In this document: piece after piece, positions 11,662 to 21,822 of the stretch | Layout: each line of letters starts with the position of its first letter | Position numbering within the stretch: position 1 is the first letter of the stretch | Origin: Candidatus Omnitrophota bacterium | GTDB taxonomy: Bacteria; Omnitrophota; Gorgyraeia; Duberdicusellales; 4484-171 | Reading direction: 5' to 3' | NCBI GenBank assembly: GCA_043823745.1 | Contig: JBDRAN010000006.1 | Location: 104,176 to 168,175, forward strand | Length of the DNA stretch: 64,000 nucleotides | Program-made: the position numbers and the translations under genes | Notes under the pieces: generated by a model | Told to the model about the DNA's origin: nothing | What the model saw: only the letters and a program-made list of their open reading frames with translations | Database searches by the model: none

Positions 11662-13491
11662 ATGTGCGGCATATTCGGATACGTCGGTAAAGAAATAACA
11701 GTTGCTTCGTTTTTAGAAGGTCTGCAGCGCCTCGAATATCGTGGGTACGATTCATGCGGCATCACCGGGATAAAAAACGGAGATTTTTTTATTCGAAAGC
11801 GGCCGGGGAAAATTGCTCAATTGAAAGAAGAATTAAAGAAAGAACTTACTCATACGTATCCGCTCGGGATATTGCATACGCGATGGGCGACACATGGTAA
11901 GCCAAACCAGGTTAATTCTCACCCGCATCATGACTGTAAAAACAACATCGCAATTGTTCACAACGGTATTATAGAAAATTACGCTTCCCTTAAAGAAGGG
12001 CTGATACGCGAGGGGCATCATTTTGTTAGCGAAACCGACACCGAGGTTATCGCGCACCTTATTGAAAAGTTTTACGTTACGTCCCTGCGGGAGGCGGTAA
12101 GCCGGGCAATCAGCAAACTTTCGGGGTCTTTTGCGTTGGGTGTTATTTCAAAAAGCGAGCCCGATGTTTTGATCGGTGTGCGAAAGGGGAGTCCGCTCAT
12201 CGTCGGCCGTACGACGGGCGGGTATTTTCTCGCCTCAGATATTCCGGCCCTCCTGCCCTTTACCCGGGATGTGGTATATTTGAGAGACAAAGAAATACTT
12301 GTCGCGACAAGACGTAGTTGTAAGGCATTTTATTTTAACGGCAAGCCGGCTCGCCTTCGCTTTGAAAAAGTTACGATGCAGGCTGAGGCAGTGGAAAAGA
12401 AACATTATGAACATTTTATGCGCAAAGAAATTTTTGAGCAACCGGAGGTCTTACGAAAGATGCTTGCGGTTCATGCAAAACGATCCGGCATAACACTTCC
12501 CGACATGCATCTTGCCGACAGCTATTTAACACGCGTTAAAAACGTATTTATTACCGCGTGCGGTACGGCGTATCACGCTGGCTATGTGGGGAAATATTTT
12601 CTTGAGAAGTATTGCGGCCTTGATGTTCAAATTGATACTTCTTCGGAGTTTCGCTACCGGCATCTTAATTTACGCCGGGGAGGTCTTTTATTGACGGTTT
12701 CGCAGTCGGGAGAGACGGCGGATACGCTTTCCGCGGTGAGAGAAGCAAAAGCAAAAGGTGTCAAAGTCGTCAGTATATGCAACGTGGTAGGCTCGAGTTT
12801 GGCGAAGGAAAGCGACGGCCTTATGTTTACCCACGCAGGCCCCGAGATAGGCGTTGCCTCAACGAAAGCGTACACCGCGCAAATTATGGCATTGATGATT
12901 TTTGCTTTGTATTGGGGGCGCCTGCGTAAGACCATCAGCGCGCGGGCATTGTCCGATATGCTCAAAGAGCTTTCGCGTATACCAGAATACCAGCGCGCGA
13001 TTCTTGCCAAAGAGAAAGAGGTTAAAGAGATTGCGCGGGATTTCTCCAAATTCGGGTGCTTTCTTTTTTTAGGGCGGGGTATCAATTTTCCCTCGGCACT
13101 CGAAGGCGCGCTTAAACTTAAAGAAATTTCCTATGTTCCGGCGGAAGGGTATCCTGCGGGCGAAATGAAGCATGGACCCATCGCGTTAATTGATGAGTAC
13201 CGCGGTGTGGTGTGTATCGCGCCGCGCGATGATCTCTATGAAAAGATGATTTCTAATATCCAGGAGATAAAAGCCCGCCGCGGGAAGGTACTCGCGATCG
13301 TCAACGACGGCGATCGCGAGGCACGTTGCGCGAGTGACGCCTGTATCTATATACCACGGCTGCGCAATCAGGATTTTTCCCCGATCCTCGTGGCAGTGGT
13401 GATGCAACTTTTTGCCTATCACGTTGCTAAGAACCTCGGCCGCGAAATAGATCAACCGCGGAATTTAGCGAAGTCGGTTACGGTAGAATAA
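11662..13491 (+). CDS. glmS: Glutamine--fructose-6-phosphate aminotransferase
   Basis: MCGIFG, EYRGYDS, HTRWATHG, SQSGET, PRNLAKSVTVE. Confidence 0.98.
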   Translation: MCGIFGYVGKEITVASFLEGLQRLEYRGYDSCGITGIKNGDFFIRKRPGKIAQLKEELKKELTHTYPLGILHTRWATHGKPNQVNSHPHHDCKNNIAIVHNGIIENYASLKEGLIREGHHFVSETDTEVIAHLIEKFYVTSLREAVSRAISKLSGSFALGVISKSEPDVLIGVRKGSPLIVGRTTGGYFLASDIPALLPFTRDVVYLRDKEILVATRRSCKAFYFNGKPARLRFEKVTMQAEAVEKKHYEHFMRKEIFEQPEVLRKMLAVHAKRSGITLPDMHLADSYLTRVKNVFITACGTAYHAGYVGKYFLEKYCGLDVQIDTSSEFRYRHLNLRRGGLLLTVSQSGETADTLSAVREAKAKGVKVVSICNVVGSSLAKESDGLMFTHAGPEIGVASTKAYTAQIMALMIFALYWGRLRKTISARALSDMLKELSRIPEYQRAILAKEKEVKEIARDFSKFGCFLFLGRGINFPSALEGALKLKEISYVPAEGYPAGEMKHGPIALIDEYRGVVCIAPRDDLYEKMISNIQEIKARRGKVLAIVNDGDREARCASDACIYIPRLRNQDFSPILVAVVMQLFAYHVAKNLGREIDQPRNLAKSVTVE

Positions 13492-13495
13492 ATAA

Positions 13496-13575
13496 GTACC
13501 ACGTATCACGTATAGAGTAACACGTTCAAAGAAATAAAAATCACGACGTGTTACGTGAGACGTGCGACTTGTTAC
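13496..13575. repeat. Inverted-arm heptamer array (GTAACAC family)
   Basis: GTACCAC GTATCAC GTATAGA GTAACAC ... ACGTGTT ACGTGAG ACGTGCG ACTTGTT. Confidence 0.75.
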
Positions 13576-13581
13576 AGATAT

Positions 13582-14283
13582 ATGTTATATATCGTCGCGA
13601 CCCCCATCGGGAATCTCGAAGATATCACGCTGCACGCGGTACGTGTGTTAGGCGAAGTTGATTGGGTTCTTGCCGAAGATACCCGAAAAACAGGCCTCTT
13701 GCTTGCGCACTATCGAATCAAAAAACCCCTTGTCAGTTTTTACGAACACAACGAAGTCAAGAAAACCCCCTGGGTCATAGAAGAGCTTAAGAAGGGAATG
13801 GCTATGGCTCTTGTTTCCAGCGCCGGAACCCCCACGATATCAGACCCGGGATATAAATTGGTGCGCGCCTGCGCCGACGAGCAACTTACGGTTACCGCAC
13901 TACCCGGGCCGTCCAGCATTATGAATGCGCTCGCGCTTTCTGTCGTGCCCCACGATAAATTTATTTTTGTTGGGTATCTACCGCGTAAGCGAGGAGAGCG
14001 GGAACGGTTACTTACAAAGATTAAAGCATGGGACGTTACCTGTATTTTTCTTGAGTCGCCGTTTCGAATACGGCAGACGCTTGTTGACATACAGACGCTT
14101 GTTGGTGCGCGCCGCGTGAGTCTTTGTCGCGAAATGACTAAGAAATTCGAGGAGGTTCGCACACTCCCGGTCGATGAGGCCATCGCGCACGTCGCCGCTG
14201 GTACACCGAAAGGTGAATTTACGGTTGTACTCGAACGTGCTACGCCTGATGCGCGTGGTTTGAAACGCAGAGAGGCAACCTAG
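13582..14283 (+). CDS. rsmI: 16S rRNA C1402 2'-O-methyltransferase
   Basis: LYIVATPIGNLEDIT, AEDTR, AGTPTISDPG, REMTKKFEE, KGEF. Confidence 0.95.
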   Translation: MLYIVATPIGNLEDITLHAVRVLGEVDWVLAEDTRKTGLLLAHYRIKKPLVSFYEHNEVKKTPWVIEELKKGMAMALVSSAGTPTISDPGYKLVRACADEQLTVTALPGPSSIMNALALSVVPHDKFIFVGYLPRKRGERERLLTKIKAWDVTCIFLESPFRIRQTLVDIQTLVGARRVSLCREMTKKFEEVRTLPVDEAIAHVAAGTPKGEFTVVLERATPDARGLKRREAT

Positions 14284-14304
14284 AAAAAACGGAGGAGTGC
14301 TGCC

Positions 14305-15339
14305 ATGAATGCGGTATTACGCAGTCTTTTGAACGCCGCCGGCGTTTCCGGGTACGAGAGCGCCGTTGCCGCGATTATGGAGCGGGAGCTTGCGAAATCC
14401 TGCGACAGGGTTTCCCGGGATGTTTTTGGTAATGTAATTGCAGTGAAAGGCAAGGGGAAAAAGAAGCTTATGCTTGCTGCGCATATGGACGAAGTAGGCT
14501 TTGCGGTTAAGTATGTCAGCAAAGAAGGGTACGTGTATTTTGTAAAAGTCGGCGGCATCGACGATCGAATTCTCTTGGCCAGCCGCGTGGTCATTAAAGC
14601 AAAAAAAGGTGATTGTTGTGGCGTTATCGGTTCTAAACCTCCCCATTTGCAAAAAGAAGAAGATAAAAAACAGCTTCCACGCCACGAAGATATGTTTATC
14701 GATATCGGGGCGACGACTCAAGGAGAGGCATTGGGGCGCATTGAGATCGCTGATTCCATTATTTTTGAACCCAATGCAGGGGTGTTTGCCGGCAACCTCT
14801 GTTATGGTAAGGCGGTCGACGATCGAGTCGGCTGTTACGCTTTGCTTAAAGTGATGGAAAAAATCGATATCGACGCACAAGTATTTGCCGTAGCCACCGC
14901 CCAGGAAGAAGTTGGTTTAAAAGGCGCGCGCACGTCGGGGTTTAAGATAAACCCTGATTTTGCTCTCGTGATCGACACGACCATGGCCGGGGATACTCCA
15001 GGGATTCAGGAGGTAGAATCATCATGGAAGCTCGGAGCAGGGGTGGCAATTACGGTAATCGAAGCCGGGGGTAGAGGGGTCATCGTGAATGAATCGGTTA
15101 AGCGTATGCTTATCGAAGCCGCTCAACGCAACGCAATAAAGTATCAATTGGGCGTCGTTGACGGTGGCATGACCGATGCCGCAATGATTTATATGAGCAA
15201 AGAAGGTGTGCCTACCGGCGTGTTGAGTATCCCCACGCGTTACATCCATGGGCCTACCGGCGTTTTTGATGCCAGAGACGTGGAAAGCGCTATTGCGCTT
15301 GCCTTAAAAGCTTCTCAGGCATCCCTGCGTATGCGCTGA
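14305..15339 (+). CDS. M42 family (TET) aminopeptidase
   Basis: GVSGYE, AAHMDEVG, KAVDDRVG, QEEVGLKGA, RYIH. Confidence 0.92.
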   Translation: MNAVLRSLLNAAGVSGYESAVAAIMERELAKSCDRVSRDVFGNVIAVKGKGKKKLMLAAHMDEVGFAVKYVSKEGYVYFVKVGGIDDRILLASRVVIKAKKGDCCGVIGSKPPHLQKEEDKKQLPRHEDMFIDIGATTQGEALGRIEIADSIIFEPNAGVFAGNLCYGKAVDDRVGCYALLKVMEKIDIDAQVFAVATAQEEVGLKGARTSGFKINPDFALVIDTTMAGDTPGIQEVESSWKLGAGVAITVIEAGGRGVIVNESVKRMLIEAAQRNAIKYQLGVVDGGMTDAAMIYMSKEGVPTGVLSIPTRYIHGPTGVFDARDVESAIALALKASQASLRMR

Positions 15340-15367
15340 AGAGATAGTGTCCGTGCCCAGTTTTGTC

Positions 15368-15396
15368 TTGACAAAGCAGGGTTCTTGGTTTATTGT
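15368..15396 (+). promoter_or_regulatory. sigma70-type promoter
   Basis: TTGACA-17 bp-TATTGT upstream of 15460. Confidence 0.6.
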
Positions 15397-15459
15397 AGTT
15401 CCTTAGTAACCAGCCTTTATGCATGGTGGTCTTATTTTTAACATGAAAAAGGAGGAAGT

Positions 15460-15867
15460 ATGGCTCAACGTATTTTTTTTCTCGCGGCATTGACCGTGAC
15501 GATCGGCGTGGCAAGCGTTTTTGCTCAAAATGTGCAAAAAGAAGGAACGGCGGTCGCGGGCGACGTGGCATCACCGATGAAGGAGGCAGCCAGCGATAAT
15601 AAAAAAGTTGTTAAGGGGGTTGTTAAGGAAGTTTCCAAGGATAAAACCCATATTCTGGTAGATAGCACCAAGATCCTTGCGACGAAAGAATTTCTCGATG
15701 ATTCCTATCTTGAGGCAGGAGATAAAGTTGAAATTACAGTTGAGAAGACCGACGCAGGTTTAAAAGCGGTCAGCTATAATTATATTTTTGAAGAAGACCC
15801 CTCGGAAGACGTAGAGCTTCCGGATGCCAATCGTTCCGAAGAATCACCTACTGCGGAAAAGCGGTAA
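15460..15867 (+). CDS. Secreted hypothetical protein (small beta-rich, OB-like domain)
   Basis: RBS AAGGAGG; signal peptide; VKGVVKEV..LEAGDKVEITVE. Confidence 0.7.
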   Translation: MAQRIFFLAALTVTIGVASVFAQNVQKEGTAVAGDVASPMKEAASDNKKVVKGVVKEVSKDKTHILVDSTKILATKEFLDDSYLEAGDKVEITVEKTDAGLKAVSYNYIFEEDPSEDVELPDANRSEESPTAEKR

Positions 15868-15886
15868 AGCGGCAGAGGTGACTACG

Positions 15887-15923
15887 AGCCTTTAAGTCGG
15901 TCCGGTGAGGCCGTCAAGGAGCT
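15887..15923 (+). promoter_or_regulatory. PyrR-binding attenuator stem-loop
   Basis: CCTTTAA-GTCGGTCCGGTGAGGCCGTC-AAGG resembles the PyrR loop consensus (UCCNGNGAGGY plus CUUUAA); lies upstream of pyrR. Confidence 0.85.
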
Positions 15924-15955
15924 TGCAATGAATCGGCGATACGATAATAAGGATG

Positions 15956-15991
15956 ACCCCGCACAAAAAAACAGTGCGGGGTTCTTTTTTT
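15956..15991 (+). terminator. Intrinsic terminator of the pyr attenuator
   Basis: ACCCCGCAC-loop-GTGCGGGGT followed by TCTTTTTTT. Confidence 0.85.
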
Positions 15992-16136
15992 AATGAGACT
16001 TGCTTTTTTTGCACCAGCAAAAAAGGCCTAGCCGAATTAATCCCGAAGCCTTTCTGGAAAATTTCATATTCCCAAAACGAGAAATCTTCCAGATATTAAG
16101 AGGCAAGGGATAATAAGACAAAAACGCATAGGACCA

Positions 16137-16685
16137 ATGAGCACCTTCAAAGAAAAAGCAAAAATTTTATCGCAGGATGAAATCAAACGTACGATATACC
16201 GCCTGACGCATCAGATTCTCGAGGCGCACTCGGATATTGCCAATATTGTGTTGATCGGGATAGAGACGCGCGGCGTGTACCTGGCCAGGAGGCTACAGGC
16301 CATCATCAAAGAACTCGAGCACATAGAGCTACCCTTGGGAATTCTTGATATAACCTTCTACCGTGACGACTTAACGGCCGTGGGGCACAAGCCGGAAGTT
16401 AAAGCAACCCAGATCGACTTTGATTTTAACGACAAAACCGTTGTGTTGGTTGACGATGTTCTTTTTACCGGCCGTACTATCCGGGCGGCACTCGATGAGA
16501 TTATGGATTTCGGGAGACCCAGGAAGGTAGAACTCTTGGTGCTGATCGATCGTGGGCACCGGGAACTTCCGGTGCGCGCTGATTTTGTAGGAAAAAATAT
16601 TCCCACCGCTAAGCAGGAAACGGTAAAGGTGTGTTTTGACGAAGTTGACGGAAAAGATGAGGTCATCCTTGGCGAAAAAGGCTAA
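16137..16685 (+). CDS. pyrR: Bifunctional pyr operon regulator / uracil PRTase
   Basis: LDITFYRDDL, VLVDDVLFTGRTIRAALD, DRGHRELP. Confidence 0.97.
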   Translation: MSTFKEKAKILSQDEIKRTIYRLTHQILEAHSDIANIVLIGIETRGVYLARRLQAIIKELEHIELPLGILDITFYRDDLTAVGHKPEVKATQIDFDFNDKTVVLVDDVLFTGRTIRAALDEIMDFGRPRKVELLVLIDRGHRELPVRADFVGKNIPTAKQETVKVCFDEVDGKDEVILGEKG

Positions 16686-17625
16686 CGTTACGGGGATTTG
16701 GAAACGCAAAGACCTTCTCGATTTAGAAAACTTGAATCGTGAAGAGATAGAACTCGTTCTTGCAACTGCCGAATCATTTAAGGAAGTTTCCCGCCGCGAG
16801 ATAAAAAAAGTACCGGCGCTCCGCGGTAAAACGTTAGTAAATCTTTTTTATGAACCTTCAACACGCACCCGCGTTTCTTTTGAGGTGGCGGCAAAAAGAT
16901 TATCATTGGATGTTATTAATATTGCATCGGAAACTTCCAGCGTCCGAAAGGGTGAGACGCTCATCGATACCGGCAGAAATATTGAGGCGCTCAAGGTCGA
17001 TATTATTGTGGTTCGGCACAACTATTCAGGTGCCGCGGCAATGCTCGCGCGGAATGTGAAGGCGAGCGTAGTCAATGCCGGCGATGGGTGGCACGAGCAC
17101 CCGACACAGGCGCTCCTTGATATTTTTACCTTAAAGGAAAAGTTTGGCGCGATCGAGGGTCTTCGTGTGAGCATTGTCGGTGATATCGCGCATTCGCGCG
17201 TCGCGCGTTCAAATATCTGGGGCCTTACGAAATTAGGGGCTACCGTTACGGTGTGTGCGCCCGCAATACTTATTCCCGCGGCGATCGAGCAGATGGGGGT
17301 TACGGTTACATCCGATCTCGATGAAGCGCTTCATGGCGCGGATGCGGTTAATGTTTTACGCATGCAGTTTGAGCGCGATACCCAGGGCGCGTTTCCTAAG
17401 CAGCTTGAATATTTTAAACAGTATGGTATTACCGAAGAACGTTTAACGCGCGCAAAAAAGAACATTGTGGTGATGCACCCAGGTCCGATTAACCGTGGGA
17501 TTGAGATGTCAAGCGATGTTGCCGACGGACCGAATTCCGTTATTCTTGATCAAGTCACCAACGGTATTGCCATACGCATGGCAGTACTCTTTTTAGTGGC
17601 CCAGGCCAACGAACATATACGATGA
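16669..17625 (+). CDS. pyrB: Aspartate carbamoyltransferase catalytic subunit (start uncertain: TTG 16669 or ATG 16657)
   Basis: FYEPSTRTR, HEHPTQALLD, HSRVARS, MHPGPINRG. Confidence 0.96.
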   Translation: MAKKANVTGIWKRKDLLDLENLNREEIELVLATAESFKEVSRREIKKVPALRGKTLVNLFYEPSTRTRVSFEVAAKRLSLDVINIASETSSVRKGETLIDTGRNIEALKVDIIVVRHNYSGAAAMLARNVKASVVNAGDGWHEHPTQALLDIFTLKEKFGAIEGLRVSIVGDIAHSRVARSNIWGLTKLGATVTVCAPAILIPAAIEQMGVTVTSDLDEALHGADAVNVLRMQFERDTQGAFPKQLEYFKQYGITEERLTRAKKNIVVMHPGPINRGIEMSSDVADGPNSVILDQVTNGIAIRMAVLFLVAQANEHIR

Positions 17626-18911
17626 GCACAATTCTTATACAGGGTGGCCGCGTAATCGATCCGGCAAACAAGCGGGATGAGGTATCTGATGTGTTGGTTA
17701 AAGACGGACGCATTGCCGAGATCGCCCGCGACATTAAGCCTGAAGGCGCACAGGTTATCGCCGCCGCGGGTAACGTTGTAATGCCGGGAATTGTCGACAT
17801 GCATGTGCATTTACGCCAACCCGGCAGAGAGGATAAAGAAACCGTGGCTTCAGGTTCGCGCGCAGGCTTGCGGGGTGGCGTGACCACCATGCTTGCTATG
17901 CCCAATACGCTGGAGACCATTGATTGCATTGCAACCGTACGAAAACTTCGCGATATTATCTCACGCACGGCGTGTGCACATGTTTTAATGTGCGGGGCAA
18001 TTACGAAAGAACGGGCGGGAAAAGAATTAAGCGACATTGCAGGGCTTGCCCACGAGGGCATTGTAGCAATTTCTGATGACGGGGCATCCGTTGATTCGGA
18101 AGAGCTCTTACGCGAAGCCCTCGTGCGCGCGCATAAAGCAAAAGTTACGGTAACCTGTCACTGTGAAGATAAAACGGTATCGACGAACGGGGTAGTTAAT
18201 CTTGGGTTTACCTCGACGCGTTTAGGCTTACGCGGTATCTCTAAAGAGGCGGAATGGCAGCGTGTTGCCCGGGATATCGAATGCGCGGCAAAACAGAATG
18301 TTCCCATCCATATCGCCCATGTCAGCTGCAAAGAATCATTAGAAATAATCGCGAAAGCGAAGCAGAAAGGCGTACGGGTAAGCGCCGAAACCGCGCCGCA
18401 CTATTTTTCATTAAACGAAGAAGCGGTACTCGGGTACGATACTAATTTTAAAATGAATCCTCCGTTGCGTTCCGCATCAGACGTGATTGCGATCAAGGAA
18501 GCGCTTCGCGACGGAATTATCGATGTGATCGCTTCCGATCACGCGCCGCATACGGAAAATGAAAAAGAAATTGAGTTCGACCGAGCCGAATTCGGCGTGA
18601 TTGGGCTCGAAACAGAGCTCGCGGTCTCTTACACGCATCTGGTTGTATCCGGCGTGCTTGGGGTTGCACAGCTTGTTGAAAAATTCACTGTCGCACCCGC
18701 GCGAATTTTAGGAATCAATAAAGGTACGCTTGGCATAGGAGCCGATGCCGACCTTGTTGTGTTTAACCCCCAACGCGCCTGGGTCGTTAAAAAAGAAGAG
18801 CTTGTTTCAAAATCAAAAAATTCACCGTATCTTGGTAAAACGTTACGCGGAGTGGTTGAATGCACCATATATAATGGTTCAATCGTCTACGTAAACACAC
18901 CGAGCATCTGA
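17622..18911 (+). CDS. pyrC: Dihydroorotase
   Basis: DMHVHLRQPG, MPNT, HCED, KMNPPLR, SDHAPH. Confidence 0.96.
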   Translation: MSTILIQGGRVIDPANKRDEVSDVLVKDGRIAEIARDIKPEGAQVIAAAGNVVMPGIVDMHVHLRQPGREDKETVASGSRAGLRGGVTTMLAMPNTLETIDCIATVRKLRDIISRTACAHVLMCGAITKERAGKELSDIAGLAHEGIVAISDDGASVDSEELLREALVRAHKAKVTVTCHCEDKTVSTNGVVNLGFTSTRLGLRGISKEAEWQRVARDIECAAKQNVPIHIAHVSCKESLEIIAKAKQKGVRVSAETAPHYFSLNEEAVLGYDTNFKMNPPLRSASDVIAIKEALRDGIIDVIASDHAPHTENEKEIEFDRAEFGVIGLETELAVSYTHLVVSGVLGVAQLVEKFTVAPARILGINKGTLGIGADADLVVFNPQRAWVVKKEELVSKSKNSPYLGKTLRGVVECTIYNGSIVYVNTPSI

Positions 18912-18923
18912 TTCGCGGGTATC

Positions 18924-19373
18924 ATGAAGTTTATCGTGACAAGCGAATTAGGAAGACTGGCGCGTTGGCTGCGTCTGGCAGGGCACGATACGCTCTATTA
19001 CACACATGCGGTAGACGGCACGCTCATTGTTATGGCGCTTCGCGATAACCGCATGATTATCACGCGCCGCAAAGAAAAAATCGGCAATTGCGCCGTCCAG
19101 ACGGTTGTGCTTGCGGCAACCGAAGTTCGCGCTCAACTGCATGAACTCGCGTTAACAGTTACACTCGCCCCCGCCGCGGGCGCGGTATGTTCTCGATGTG
19201 CTGTCTGTAACGGCGAATTGGAGCGCGTGGCGAAAGAGCCCCATGCGACCGCCCTGCCCGCGTACGTGGCTTTGCACAAACGACTATTGATGCGTTGTGC
19301 GGCGTGCGGCAAGATTTATTGGCACGGTACGCACGTAGAGAAGATAAAAGAAATTATCGACACGCTACAGTAA
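18924..19373 (+). CDS. Mut7-C (PIN-fold) RNase domain protein with Zn ribbon
   Basis: LGRLARWLRLAGHD, RCAVCNG, RCAACGKIYWHGTH. Confidence 0.85.
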   Translation: MKFIVTSELGRLARWLRLAGHDTLYYTHAVDGTLIVMALRDNRMIITRRKEKIGNCAVQTVVLAATEVRAQLHELALTVTLAPAAGAVCSRCAVCNGELERVAKEPHATALPAYVALHKRLLMRCAACGKIYWHGTHVEKIKEIIDTLQ

Positions 19374-19381
19374 AGGAAAAT

Positions 19382-20620
19382 ATGGAATTTATTGCTGACT
19401 TTCATATTCATTCAAAATATTCGCGCGCTACAAGCCGCGAGATGGAGATTCCCACGATCGCGCAATGGGCCCAGCGGAAAGGTATCGCGCTCATGGGAAC
19501 CGGTGATTTCACGCATCACCTGTGGCTCCAAGAACTAAAAAATACTCTCGATGATTGCGGAAACGGTCTTTTTAAATATAAAGAAACCAATTTTATGTTA
19601 ACTGCCGAAGTAAGCAGTATTTATTCTAAACGCGGCAAGACCCACCGCATTCATAACCTCATTTTTGCTCCTTCATTTATTTCGGTTGAAAAGATCAATG
19701 AGGCGCTGGGCCGTCGCGGTAATTTAGCCAGCGACGGAAGGCCCATCCTCGGTGTTGACGCGGCAGAGCTTGCGCATATTGTTTTTGATATTGATGAGCG
19801 TTGCATGATTGTTCCCGGGCATATTTGGACGCCATGGTTTTCCCTCTTTGGATCGATGTCAGGGTTTGACGCGATCGAGGATTGTTTTGAAAAGGAGACG
19901 CCGAAGATCTTTGCCCTCGAGACAGGTCTTTCCAGCGACCCGGCGATGAACTGGCGTTTGAGCGCGCTCGATCGGTTTAGCCTCATTTCAAACAGCGATT
20001 CTCACTCTCCCGCAAAAATAGGACGTGAGGCGAATGTGTTTGACTGCGCGTTACGTTATGACGCGATACGCGAAACACTTCGAAGCAAAGATCGTCATGC
20101 GTTTCTCTATACGATAGAATTTTTTCCCGAAGAAGGAAAGTATCATTTTGACGGCCACCGGTTGTGTAAAGTGCGGCTCGCGCCAGAGGAAACAAGAAAG
20201 CACAAAGGCAAATGTCCTCATTGCGGAAAACCGGTTACCGTGGGGGTCATGAATAGGGTTGAGCAGCTCGCCGATCGGCCCGAGGGCTTTAAGCCGGAAA
20301 ACGTTATTCCCTACAAGAATCTTATCCCGCTTGAGGAGGTGATCGCCGAGGCAAAAGGAGTTAAGAAGGGAAGCGCCACGGTCGCTAAAGAATATTTCGA
20401 CATTGTGAGTCGGTATGGGAGCGAATTTGATATTCTATTGAAGCGTTCGCAGGAGGAGCTGGCCCGCACATTACCCGCGCGACTGGTTGAGGCGATTATG
20501 CGTATGCGACAGGGGAATGTGAGCATACAGGCTGGTTTTGACGGAGAATACGGAGTTGTTTCTCTCTTTGGCCCTGAGGGCGAGCACAAAGAGGAAAAGC
20601 AACAACTGAGCTTGTTTTGA
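19382..20620 (+). CDS. Endonuclease Q family (PHP domain plus Zn finger)
   Basis: ADFHIHSKYSRATS, GTGDFTH, HIWTPW, ETGLSSD, NSDSHS, GKYH, CPHCG, GFDGEYG. Confidence 0.9.
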   Translation: MEFIADFHIHSKYSRATSREMEIPTIAQWAQRKGIALMGTGDFTHHLWLQELKNTLDDCGNGLFKYKETNFMLTAEVSSIYSKRGKTHRIHNLIFAPSFISVEKINEALGRRGNLASDGRPILGVDAAELAHIVFDIDERCMIVPGHIWTPWFSLFGSMSGFDAIEDCFEKETPKIFALETGLSSDPAMNWRLSALDRFSLISNSDSHSPAKIGREANVFDCALRYDAIRETLRSKDRHAFLYTIEFFPEEGKYHFDGHRLCKVRLAPEETRKHKGKCPHCGKPVTVGVMNRVEQLADRPEGFKPENVIPYKNLIPLEEVIAEAKGVKKGSATVAKEYFDIVSRYGSEFDILLKRSQEELARTLPARLVEAIMRMRQGNVSIQAGFDGEYGVVSLFGPEGEHKEEKQQLSLF

Positions 20621-20642
20621 AACGCGGCAACACGCAGGTAGG

Positions 20643-21128
20643 GTGTTTGTGAAAATATTGATTGTTTATTACTCTTTTTCCGGTAACACTAAAATCGCAG
20701 CGCTTACGCTGTACGAATATCTAAAAAGCCGCGGCCAGGTTGAGATGGTCCAGCTGCAGTGGCTTGATGAATCAAGAAATTTCTTTATTCAGTCGGCGCG
20801 TGCCCTTTGGCATGTCCGCGGCAACATTCAGGGTGTCGAGCTCAATCTGAGTGGCTATGACCTCGTTTGTTTCGGGACTCCGGTGTGGGCATTTGGTCCC
20901 GCCCCGGCAATGAATACCTATCTTGATAATTCTCAAGGGTTGGAGGGTAAACAGGCCGTGCTCTTTACTACGTACGGAAGCGGCACCGGTAATACTCGCT
21001 GTTTGGATTATATGCAGAATATTCTTGCTACAAAAGGAGTTGTTTCTTTTAAGCGGTTTTCTGTCAAGCAAGTGGGCCTTAAAGATCGTGTAATGGTTCG
21101 GGCCATCATCGAAAAAGCTCTTTTGTAG
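20643..21128 (+). CDS. Flavodoxin family protein
   Basis: IVYYSFSGNT, YDLVCFGTPVW, FTTYGSG. Confidence 0.85.
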   Translation: MFVKILIVYYSFSGNTKIAALTLYEYLKSRGQVEMVQLQWLDESRNFFIQSARALWHVRGNIQGVELNLSGYDLVCFGTPVWAFGPAPAMNTYLDNSQGLEGKQAVLFTTYGSGTGNTRCLDYMQNILATKGVVSFKRFSVKQVGLKDRVMVRAIIEKALL

Positions 21129-21170
21129 TGGTCCTTACGTTTGAACACCGAGACACAATATTTTATCGAT

Positions 21171-21242
21171 GCGCCTGTGGCCTAACGGATAAGGCACCAG
21201 CCTCCGGAGCTGGTGATGCAGGTTCAATTCCTGCCAGGCGCG
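21171..21242 (+). tRNA. tRNA-Arg(CCG), CCA not encoded
   Basis: Acceptor GCGCCTG/CAGGCGC; anticodon arm CCAGC-CT CCG GA-GCTGG; GCAGG-TTCAATT-CCTGC. Confidence 0.95.
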
Positions 21243-21253
21243 CGAATGTTACG

Positions 21254-21343
21254 AGCGTAGAGCGCATAGCGCGGAGCGTATAGTTTTGTTTTAAGGGTTA
21301 TTTGTTTTCCTTACTCTACGCTATCCGCTAAACGCTCTACGCT
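21254..21343. repeat. Inverted-arm heptamer array (AGCGTAG family)
   Basis: AGCGTAG AGCGCAT AGCGCGG AGCGTAT ... CTCTACG CTATCCG CTAAACG CTCTACG CT. Confidence 0.85.
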
Positions 21344-21357
21344 TATATATAATCATT

Positions 21358-21822
21358 ATGAGAAAGACCGTTATCGCAGTAATCGGTGGGCATGCGTGTG
21401 ATCAAAAGACAACATGGCTTGCCAGGAGCTTAGGTAAAGAATTAGCTGCCCTGGCTGAGGTGCTTGTTACCGGCGGGCTCACTGGCGTCATGGCGGCTGC
21501 CTGTGAAGGGTTCAAAAGCGCCGGAGGCTTGACCGTCGGGATTTTACCGGGATATGAGAAAACAGCAGCAAATCCTTTTGTCGATATAGTTATCCCCACC
21601 GGCATGGGGCTGGCCCGGAATGTTTTAGTGGTAACAAGCGCGGATGTGGTGGTGGCGCTTCCCGGTGCAGCCGGTACACTTTCGGAGATCGCCTATTGCG
21701 TGCAGTTTAAAATCCCGGTTGTCAGTTTTCTGTCGTGGGATATCCCGGGTGTTATACCGGCAAAAAATATCATGGAAGTAATCAAGAAAGTCAAGAAGCA
21801 CATACGACAAGGAAAGACATGA
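21358..21822 (+). CDS. LOG/SLOG superfamily protein (TIGR00725-like)
   Basis: IAVIGG, TGGLTGVM, GLTVGILP, TGMGLARN, GTLSEIA. Confidence 0.85.
   Translation: MRKTVIAVIGGHACDQKTTWLARSLGKELAALAEVLVTGGLTGVMAAACEGFKSAGGLTVGILPGYEKTAANPFVDIVIPTGMGLARNVLVVTSADVVVALPGAAGTLSEIAYCVQFKIPVVSFLSWDIPGVIPAKNIMEVIKKVKKHIRQGKT

Noticed and set aside
11600-11662. glmS ribozyme
   Set aside because: glmS directly abuts the upstream gene, leaving no leader.
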